From: Leptospira biflexa
GTDB lineage: Bacteria > Spirochaetota > UBA4802 > JAGODF01
Direction of reading: 5' to 3'
Length of the DNA stretch: 51,605 bases
Assembly: GCA_020721925.1 (NCBI GenBank)
Contig: DYLV01000003.1
Location: 1 to 51,605, forward strand
Shown here one piece after another: positions 10,197-17,666 of the stretch. Made by a program: the position numbers and the translations under genes. Each line of letters opens with the position of its first letter. Within the stretch, counting starts at the first letter, position 1. The notes under the pieces were generated by a model. That model saw nothing but the letters and a program-made list of their open reading frames with translations, was not told where the DNA came from and did no database searches.

Positions 10197-11003
10197 ATGG
10201 AAACCGATCGTGCGTGCCTGCAATCGCTCGAAAACATCCTGCGGCAATATAGAAAGCTTGCGGTGGCAGTATCTGGGGGTATGGACTCAACATTTCTGGC
10301 ATATATTGCGAAAAAAATTATTGGCGATACCGTGCTGGCAATATCGGTGCGCTCGGCATTGAACATTGATTCTGAGCTAAAACAGTTCGCAGAGTTTGCA
10401 CAAAAATATCAAATTCGGTACACAATCATTGAAGTAGATATTCTTAACAATCTAAATGTAGTGCGCAATGCACCCGATCGATGTTATCATTGTAAAAAAG
10501 AGATATTTCGCGCAATAATGGAATGTGCAATCCGGCAGGGGTTTGACATCATCGCTGATGGGTCGAATTGTTCAGATCTGGATGATTTCAGACCGGGCAT
10601 GCAGGCACTTCACGAATTCGGCATTGTTTCCCCACTTAAAGAGGCTGGATGCGGGAAAAGTGATATTATCCGTATGGCGCATTCACTGGGAGTTAACCTC
10701 CCGGTCATGTATTCCAATTCATGTTTTGCTACACGGATTGCGTATGGTATCCCTCTCACCCGTGAGGTGCTGGAAATGGTTCGGCAGGGAGAACGTTTCC
10801 TTGCGGAAATAGGTATTGCACCGGTCAGGGTTCGCTATCATCATGGAATTGCCCGGATTGAAATGCCGTTTAAATATATACAAAAAATGCTTAATGATGA
10901 TTTAATTATAAACGACGTCATAACCAGATTAAAGGGACTGGGCTTTCAATATGTAACGATTGATCTTGAAGGGTACAGGAGAGGAAGTATGAATATATTT
11001 TAG
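10197..11003 (+). CDS. larE: LarE-family ATP-dependent sulfur transferase
   Basis: PP-loop SGGMDS, RCYHCK, DGSN..DD.RPG, SCFATRI, DLEGYRRGSMN; GGAGG RBS before ATG 10197. Confidence 0.85.
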   Translation: METDRACLQSLENILRQYRKLAVAVSGGMDSTFLAYIAKKIIGDTVLAISVRSALNIDSELKQFAEFAQKYQIRYTIIEVDILNNLNVVRNAPDRCYHCKKEIFRAIMECAIRQGFDIIADGSNCSDLDDFRPGMQALHEFGIVSPLKEAGCGKSDIIRMAHSLGVNLPVMYSNSCFATRIAYGIPLTREVLEMVRQGERFLAEIGIAPVRVRYHHGIARIEMPFKYIQKMLNDDLIINDVITRLKGLGFQYVTIDLEGYRRGSMNIF

Positions 11004-11229
11004 AAAGTTTGGAAGCATTTCAGTATTTTACTTGACGGGAAGGGTAAAAGAAGAAACAATAATTCAAGGGTACATGTAATATATTTTTCAGAACATTGAG
11101 TATTTTCCACTGTCTTCTGATGGATGAAGGGAAATGCTTAATTTATAGATTGAATTTTATTCGATTCGCTAATCTGTCGCAAGAATAGGGCTTGATTGCG
11201 GCAAAAAATCAAAGAAAGGAGTTGGAGAT

Positions 11230-11982
11230 ATGACAAGGAGAGTCTTCGCCTTCGCGATGTTGTGCGTAACGTTTACGGCTTCCCATGGATTTTCCCAGCA
11301 GGTGGAGCCCAAGAAAACATTTAATGAATTGTATCAGCCCCTTCCAGTAATACTACGGCTGAGCTATGAGAATTTCAGAAACATAAAGCTTCTCAATGCG
11401 GCAATTGTGAATTTCGGGGGAGGGGAAGATGAATTCGACCGCCTGGTTGACGAATATGCGGAAGCAAGTTCACTCTACTTCCGAAACGAGTACATACTTT
11501 CTGCGAACAAGTTTACTGAAAATGAGAAAAACATCGCGCAGGTGGCCGAAAAAATCGCGCGGAAGTACAAGGAAATCACCGAAGATATCAATCGGAAGAC
11601 GATAAAGATGAAAGTTAAAGCTGAATTTCGTTTCGCATTGCTTGGACGGAAAGGTGACCTCCATCCTGCAATTGATGAAGCAATGAGGAATGGCGGTTTC
11701 AGTTTAAATAAAGCCAACGATCTGTTTGCAAGAAATCGCTATATCGATGCGATTTATTTTTATCGGCGTTCGAAGCAACAAAATTTCAAAGTGTATGAAA
11801 TTTTAACGAAACACTTCGAACAGAAGAAAAAGGATGCCAAATTTAAGGGGAAAAAGGACGATGTGGCGTTTTTTGAGAGGGAAGAGAAGCGGTACAAATT
11901 GCCAGACGAGTACAAAAAAGATGTCGTGGACAATCAAAATAGAGTTTACCTCACAGGTGGGGAAAGAGAGAAAGATAAATGA
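11230..11982 (+). CDS. Exported all-helical hypothetical protein (spirochaete-type)
   Basis: GGAG-containing upstream region, N-terminal signal peptide, amphipathic helices, downstream hairpin. Confidence 0.75.
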   Translation: MTRRVFAFAMLCVTFTASHGFSQQVEPKKTFNELYQPLPVILRLSYENFRNIKLLNAAIVNFGGGEDEFDRLVDEYAEASSLYFRNEYILSANKFTENEKNIAQVAEKIARKYKEITEDINRKTIKMKVKAEFRFALLGRKGDLHPAIDEAMRNGGFSLNKANDLFARNRYIDAIYFYRRSKQQNFKVYEILTKHFEQKKKDAKFKGKKDDVAFFEREEKRYKLPDEYKKDVVDNQNRVYLTGGEREKDK

Positions 11983-11988
11983 CAGTAA

Positions 11989-12022
11989 ACCGGAGGCATT
12001 AGTGCATTTTTATGCCTCCGGT
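11989..12022. terminator. Hairpin between convergent genes (possible bidirectional terminator)
   Basis: ACCGGAGGCAT / ATGCCTCCGGT perfect 11-bp stem. Confidence 0.65.
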
Positions 12023-12040
12023 AGCATAGACCTGATGCGG

Positions 12041-12562
12041 CTAAATTGCAATCTGTAGATACTGCCTGCTGTGGCGCAGCACAAATTCTGGAACTACTCC
12101 AAGGCGTATATATTTTTCCTGGAGAGCGGGCGGCAGGTACTTGAAATCCCTAATTTTACCCCTGCAATTTTTTGACCCGCACCGGCAATTCATTTCCCAA
12201 TAATCTTCTGCCATGGTGGTTGAATAATCGAAAGTGATTTCATCGCCTTTATGAATATTTCTGATGGCAAAAAGAAGAACCGAATTGCCGATAATCTTAA
12301 TTCCGGCATTGGGATTGCATGAATGGTTGATGTAGTTATCAGGCGTTCTGGTAGGGCCTAAAAAAAGATTCTCGCTGATTTGAAGATAGTGATTGTTGTT
12401 CGGATTTAGTCTTTTCTTATACTCCTCCATCGTGTAAATTTTTCCGCGAAATTCGATAATGAAAGAATGAGCGTCGAAATGCCGGTTGGCAAAGACCGCT
12501 TTGCCTTTTGCCGTGACTTTCATCGTTAAATACGAAATGTCGATACAATGCTCACTGTCCAT
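12041..12562 (-). CDS. SET-domain lysine methyltransferase with post-SET Zn site
   Basis: YINHSCNPN, GDEITFDY and post-SET CRCGSKNCRG motifs. Confidence 0.9.
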   Translation of the reverse strand: MDSEHCIDISYLTMKVTAKGKAVFANRHFDAHSFIIEFRGKIYTMEEYKKRLNPNNNHYLQISENLFLGPTRTPDNYINHSCNPNAGIKIIGNSVLLFAIRNIHKGDEITFDYSTTMAEDYWEMNCRCGSKNCRGKIRDFKYLPPALQEKYIRLGVVPEFVLRHSRQYLQIAI

Positions 12563-12601
12563 ACACACCCCGAGTGTTCTTGTGTAAGAGTATTCGCCTT
12601 T

Positions 12602-12706
12602 TCATAAAGGCGATTCCGGCAAAACCACATCCACCGTTGCCGGTAAAGCGTCAATATAAAAAAAAGAAAATAACGACTTCTCTGCGTATTTTATTCTTTC
12701 TTCCAT
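12602..12706 (-). CDS. Putative 34-aa small ORF upstream of the SET gene
   Basis: MEERIKYAEKSLFSFFYIDALPATVDVVLPESPL; AAGGAGG directly upstream (spacing very short); promoter-like TTAACC-N18-TATACT further upstream. Confidence 0.35.
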   Translation of the reverse strand: MEERIKYAEKSLFSFFYIDALPATVDVVLPESPL

Positions 12707-12831
12707 ACCTCCTTCTTTTCTAAAATATAACAGTGCGATAATACGACATAATTTTACCTCGTCCATTTTATAGTAAGTATAATAAATATTTTGAAATTTG
12801 GTTAATTTTTTTTTAAAAATCCGAAATTTTT

Positions 12832-13650
12832 TTATTTTCGTGCATAGACCTCTAATGTGTCGGAAAACGAAATCATTGCTGAAACGCGGGCATAGAGACA
12901 GCGGAAAAATGAAATTCGTGCAAAGTGAGGTGAAAAAAACCTCTGGGGGTGAATGCCACCTGGATATGTTATTATTTTTGAAAAGCCGAGGGTGCCAAGA
13001 AAGCGGCGTATGAGCTGGGGGGAAAAGTTTACTCGATGGTCGAGGGGGTGGCTTTGGATCCATTCATTCCGGTGAAGCATAAATTGCGGACCGAAAAAAG
13101 ATGGAACTGAAAAAGCAAATATCCCGCCCTCATTGAGGGCGTTGTAAATCTTCACAAAAGCTTCTCTGGTATCATGCAAATGTTCAATAAAATACCATGC
13201 GGTGATAATGTTGAATTTTCTGGAAAATTCGTACGTTTCAAAATTAGTTACATGAACCTGGATGCCGAATGTATGTGCGCAATACCGAGCGCCTTCTTCT
13301 GATATTTCAATTCCGGATAGATTTTCGAATCCTTCATCAAAGGCGGCTTTCAAAAAAAAACCGTAGGCCGCGCCGATATCAAGCAGCCCTGATTTGCAAT
13401 GGCTGAGGAAAGATATTCTTGCAAGCCGTTTTCTGGCCATAGCATAGATGGCATCAAAATCTTCGAGATACGATTTCCCGTACTGGTTTCGGTATGCTTC
13501 GTTAAAATATGATTCACCGTATTCGAGCGGCCTGTGCGATGCATTAAACAGTGCATGGCATCTTTTGCATCGGTAAAGCGAAATGTGGCCATCATAAAGA
13601 AGCGTGCACCGACGGGTAGCGCAAAGCGGGCACTGTTCGTTTTTATTCAT
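12832..13650 (-). CDS. Class I SAM-dependent methyltransferase with N-terminal Zn ribbon
   Basis: CPLC..CKRC, LLDIGAAYG, FIEH motifs. Confidence 0.85.
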   Translation of the reverse strand: MNKNEQCPLCATRRCTLLYDGHISLYRCKRCHALFNASHRPLEYGESYFNEAYRNQYGKSYLEDFDAIYAMARKRLARISFLSHCKSGLLDIGAAYGFFLKAAFDEGFENLSGIEISEEGARYCAHTFGIQVHVTNFETYEFSRKFNIITAWYFIEHLHDTREAFVKIYNALNEGGIFAFSVPSFFGPQFMLHRNEWIQSHPLDHRVNFSPQLIRRFLGTLGFSKIITYPGGIHPQRFFSPHFARISFFRCLYARVSAMISFSDTLEVYARK

Positions 13651-13659
13651 TATGCGCGT

Positions 13660-14151
13660 TTATTCGAATTTCTTTCGCTTTTTTGCTGGCTCAACTACAA
13701 TATTTATACCGCGAAATTTCGTTTTATCAAGCGAAACCATAACCAATTCGGCAAACTGCTCGGGAACTTCAATGAAGGAATAGGTGGAATGTATATCTAT
13801 TTTCCCGATGATTTTTCCGTCTATGCCGGAATGCTTTACAATTTCGCGGATGATGTCTCCCGGGGTTACTTTCTGGTTTTTCCCTATATTGATGAATAGC
13901 CGTGCACGGCCGTCTTTGATGTCTTCGAATATCACTTTGCCTGCAGGAGGCGTCGTGAGTATTTCCGAGGGGTCAAAATCGAGTTTGCTGATATCGCCAA
14001 GATATTCCTTGAGAAGCGCGGCTGCAAGAAGAGACGTTCCTTTGAAAAAAGGCAGGCGCTTTTTAAGTTTTTTTACCAGGTTGACATATTGTGTAAGGTC
14101 ATCAGAAGCGGCCGATTCCAGTACTTTTTCCAGCTTTTTTCTCTGTTTCAT
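13660..14151 (-). CDS. Stand-alone DbpA RNA-binding domain protein
   Basis: RLFINIGKNQKVTPGDI..IGKIDIHSTYSFIEVP; no DEAD-box core; AAGGAG RBS before ATG 14151. Confidence 0.85.
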   Translation of the reverse strand: MKQRKKLEKVLESAASDDLTQYVNLVKKLKKRLPFFKGTSLLAAALLKEYLGDISKLDFDPSEILTTPPAGKVIFEDIKDGRARLFINIGKNQKVTPGDIIREIVKHSGIDGKIIGKIDIHSTYSFIEVPEQFAELVMVSLDKTKFRGINIVVEPAKKRKKFE

Positions 14152-14328
14152 TGCAATCAACTCCTTTCGCGCCCAAATTGTGAGATTATACATACATTTC
14201 GAAAATTCAGTTTAGCGGAAAATCATATAAATTTCCGTGAATTTTTTCAAGCGAATTTTATGGATATCGACAAAACCATTTTTGCATTGGTCGTACAAAG
14301 TTTTGCCTTTGCGGCTCATTCATGTTAT

Positions 14329-14985
14329 TTAATCAGCTTTACATTTATAGCCGACATTCCTCACCGTTTCGATGACAGTGCTGAATTCTTCGCCAAGTTT
14401 GCTTCGAAGCCTGCGGATGTGGACGTCAACCGTGCGTGTACCGCCGATATAATCTATCCCCCAAATTTTGCTCAGCAGGTCTTTCCGTGAAAAGACAATT
14501 CCCTTGTTTTCCACAAGACAGCGAAGCAGCTCGAACTCTTTATAGGTGCATTCAATTTTTTCATTGTTGAGAAAAACCGAGTATTCCTGTGTGTTGATTT
14601 TTATTTTTCCCGCTGATAGGATTGATGAGTTGTCAAACGGGTTTGATCTCAGGATAGCACACATTATTCTTTTTTCAACTTCATGAGGTTTAAAAGGATA
14701 AAGGAGAAAATCGTCAAAAAACCAATCGGCATTAATTTTTGAAAGATCATTTTCATTCAAAATAATAATAGTGGGAACTCTCTGCAATTTTTTTCTCAAT
14801 TTGGAAAGGAAGAACTGAATATTTTCATCGGGAAAAATGTGAATATCTGTAAGAAGAATGGATATGTCTTCTGGTTTTGTTTTTTCTATTGAAGAAAATT
14901 CAATCACTTCAAAGCCGGTGACAATATCTTTTACATCCTCGATGTATTCCTTGTTTTCTGATAAAATTCCCACACTTTTCCGCAT
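14329..14985 (-). CDS. OmpR-family winged-helix regulator with atypical receiver (GlnR-like)
   Basis: TYKEFELL and WGIDYIGGTRTVDVHIRRLRSKLG; receiver lacks the acidic pair and the conserved Lys (DDFLLYPF). Confidence 0.85.
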   Translation of the reverse strand: MRKSVGILSENKEYIEDVKDIVTGFEVIEFSSIEKTKPEDISILLTDIHIFPDENIQFFLSKLRKKLQRVPTIIILNENDLSKINADWFFDDFLLYPFKPHEVEKRIMCAILRSNPFDNSSILSAGKIKINTQEYSVFLNNEKIECTYKEFELLRCLVENKGIVFSRKDLLSKIWGIDYIGGTRTVDVHIRRLRSKLGEEFSTVIETVRNVGYKCKAD

Positions 14986-15133
14986 ACTTTTCCCGCTAAC
15001 AGCATCATAGAACGATACTCATTCTTAACTAATGCAATGTATAGTCTCTTTGGGCGGTCATAATTTGCAATTATCTTTTTTCCCGAAAAGAAAAATTACT
15101 TCTATTATATACGAGAGGAGATATTATTAATAA

Positions 15134-15162
15134 TTGACATCGCTGGTATCTATCACTATATT
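15134..15162 (+). promoter_or_regulatory. Sigma70-type promoter
   Basis: TTGACA-17 nt-TATATT. Confidence 0.65.
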
Positions 15163-15314
15163 ATCCAGAGTGCGGGTTTTTGAGTATTTAAAGCGTTGCA
15201 GCGTAATATGATGCTCGACTTTCGGTGTAGTGAGCAGTGTTGGTTTTATTAGTGGGCGCAGGTATTCTGGTAACAACAATAAAATTGTATTTAATTTTCA
15301 GAAGGGGGATAGTA

Positions 15315-15947
15315 ATGAAGCGTGTGATAATTGTTTTGATGATGGCGGTTGCAACCGTATATACAGGTTGTTCTACGATTGATGTGGCGGTCAATCAGCG
15401 GATTGACGTGACGAAAAAGTTGAATAAAATTGTAGTGTTCCCGTTTGAAATAAAAAATGCGCCCTGGGGGGACGAATTTTCCGATGCAGTTACTCATCAT
15501 CTGTTCAAAACAGGACGAGTTGAGGTGGTGGAACGCCAGGAACTGGAAAAAATATTGAAAGAACAGAAGCTTTCCATGACCGGACTTCTCGATTCCGAGA
15601 AAACGGTTAAGGTTGGAAAACTCCTTGGCGCGGATGTCATCATCATCGGCCGCGGCTCGGCACTTGATTTAGGGAGCGATACCCATGAGAAGAAAAATCT
15701 CATCGATACATTCATGCTTAAAGTGGTCAGCGTGGAGACCGGCACTCTCCTGATTACCGTGCGAAAAGAGCCGGGGATAGCATGGACATGGTGGTACCGC
15801 TTCAAATTTTGCTGCAGCCTCAGCCTCTTATATAACAGAAACGATGCCCTTCTTGAAAGTGCGAAATACGATGAAATATCCCGCCAGATCGCCAATCGAA
15901 TCGTCGAAGTGCTTCGGGAAATTGAAATGAAGAAGGGAGCGAAATAA
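15315..15947 (+). CDS. CsgG/HfaB-family lipoprotein
   Basis: Lipobox YTG-C; VVERQELEKILKEQKLSMTG and VGKLLGADVIIIG motifs. Confidence 0.85.
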   Translation: MKRVIIVLMMAVATVYTGCSTIDVAVNQRIDVTKKLNKIVVFPFEIKNAPWGDEFSDAVTHHLFKTGRVEVVERQELEKILKEQKLSMTGLLDSEKTVKVGKLLGADVIIIGRGSALDLGSDTHEKKNLIDTFMLKVVSVETGTLLITVRKEPGIAWTWWYRFKFCCSLSLLYNRNDALLESAKYDEISRQIANRIVEVLREIEMKKGAK

Positions 15948-15952
15948 ACCAT

Positions 15953-16726
15953 TTGGTTCCTTTTATGGTTCGGACGGCATTTGCCATCGTGGCGCTTTTG
16001 TTTATCCTTCCACTTCAGTTGTGGGCGATCGATTTTGATGAACTCGAGCTTCCACCTGCAGGAGCGCATGGTGGGCAAATGCTGCTTGGTTTTTTTGTGA
16101 CAACGGGTTTTGCCGCAGGGCCGGTCATACGTGCGGAAGACGATTTTGTGTGCAACTCAACATATACCTTTGAGAATGAAACCACAAAACTCATTGAGCT
16201 GGCGCATCTTCCCCTTTCCTTCGGATTGAATTATGAGTACATGCCTATTGATTATCTCGGGCTTCGCGGAAAATTGCGCCGTATTTGGGTGATACAGCGC
16301 TCGACATTCGGGAGTGAATATGAGAATGAGAGAGAAATCCTGTATTCCGATTATTCATTCTTCATTGGCGTTGCCATCCATGCGACAAACAGAAAGCAGT
16401 GGGACTTTTCTCTAACACCGATTATCGGGTATTCTCTGTATCAGTATAAAGCAGTGCCGGTTGCGTCTCAGCTTTTAGAAAATGTGTCGGGCGACAGTAG
16501 AAAAGGGAATGGATTGGTGTACGGCGTTGAACTCAATACCATCATCTATTTTAGCGGCGGCCTTTTTCTTTCACTTGGCTACGAATGGATGAGGAATCCA
16601 GTAAAATATTCGGAAGTGATAAATCTCATCAATCCTCAAACAGACACCGTGTATGCCGATACATCCGGTGGATATATCGATACCAATTCAGTAGTAGTAA
16701 CAGTCGGATATGCGTTTTCCAATTAA
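15953..16726 (+). CDS. Predicted outer-membrane beta-barrel protein
   Basis: Signal peptide, alternating aromatic beta strands, C-terminal VTVGYAF; start could be ATG 15965. Confidence 0.7.
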   Translation: MVPFMVRTAFAIVALLFILPLQLWAIDFDELELPPAGAHGGQMLLGFFVTTGFAAGPVIRAEDDFVCNSTYTFENETTKLIELAHLPLSFGLNYEYMPIDYLGLRGKLRRIWVIQRSTFGSEYENEREILYSDYSFFIGVAIHATNRKQWDFSLTPIIGYSLYQYKAVPVASQLLENVSGDSRKGNGLVYGVELNTIIYFSGGLFLSLGYEWMRNPVKYSEVINLINPQTDTVYADTSGGYIDTNSVVVTVGYAFSN

Positions 16727-16773
16727 AAAAAAATATTTTGGATACAATCTATTATGACCTATACGGGAGTGAG

Positions 16774-17058
16774 ATGGCAGGTATGACCGAACTTATCCTC
16801 ACAGGAATTGTGCAGGGGGTTTTCTGCAGACATTATTGCAGCCAGACCGCAAAGCGGCTTGGTCTGCGCGGTTCGGCGACGAATCTCATGGACGGAAGTG
16901 TGCAGGTAATACTCGACACCGATGATGAAGAAGAGATATCACGGTTTGTACAGGCATTGAAAGAAAATTCTTTCGGCATCAGATTTTTCGGGAAAATAAC
17001 GGGTATCAAGGTGAACAGAAATTATGCCGGTCACGTGGATGGTGATTATATTTTTTAA
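16774..17058 (+). CDS. acyP: Acylphosphatase
   Basis: GIVQGVFCR and GSATNLMDGSV motifs (catalytic Arg and Asn); GGGAG RBS before ATG 16774. Confidence 0.88.
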   Translation: MAGMTELILTGIVQGVFCRHYCSQTAKRLGLRGSATNLMDGSVQVILDTDDEEEISRFVQALKENSFGIRFFGKITGIKVNRNYAGHVDGDYIF

Positions 17059-17666
17059 CGAAAAATGCTTGCATCAAGGATTATCGGTTTTGGGGTTTTC
17101 ATCCGGTACGAAAGCACTTTTTGGTAATTTTTAAATATTTCGCTGGTATTGAGAGACAAGAATTCCCACATGGGAGTATTGCGGATTTCCTCTGCGTAGG
17201 AAATGACCTCGCGTTCAAATTGCGTATCGAATTGTTTTTTTGACTTACCGTGTACCGAGCCATTTTTGCCAAACCGTCTTATATCGCCATTAAAATCCGG
17301 GTGAATATGATAGAGTTCATGAAAGATCACCCGAATTTTTTCAATTGGGGCAAGATCGGTAAATCGTGGGATGTAAAAGTAAATGATATATAATATTCTG
17401 ATAGAATTCACTTCAATTTTTGGCATCGCATAGCATTTCCCGCGATAATGCAATATCTCTTCCCCCCCTTTGAATTTCATGGGAACAACTTTGCCGAAGG
17501 TGGCACCGCGTCCGCCGGCGCGATTTGATGAAATACAGATATGGAGTTTTTCCGTATCTATGTGTGAAAAAAAAGATATGCGTCCACAGGCATCAGCAAT
17601 AAGAGCATGAAGGAAATCCGATATATTTATTGCCTTTAATGCATGAGATGAATGCGGGCCGTTCAT
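17055..17666 (-). CDS. Putative zincin metallopeptidase
   Basis: HELYH (HExxH) motif; ATGA overlap with the recN stop. Confidence 0.7.
   Translation of the reverse strand: MNGPHSSHALKAINISDFLHALIADACGRISFFSHIDTEKLHICISSNRAGGRGATFGKVVPMKFKGGEEILHYRGKCYAMPKIEVNSIRILYIIYFYIPRFTDLAPIEKIRVIFHELYHIHPDFNGDIRRFGKNGSVHGKSKKQFDTQFEREVISYAEEIRNTPMWEFLSLNTSEIFKNYQKVLSYRMKTPKPIILDASIFR

Noticed and set aside
12707-13063. 5' part of the listed 153-aa ORF 12602..13063
   Set aside because: Overlaps the methyltransferase out of frame and crosses an AT-rich promoter-like region; only the last 34 codons are plausible
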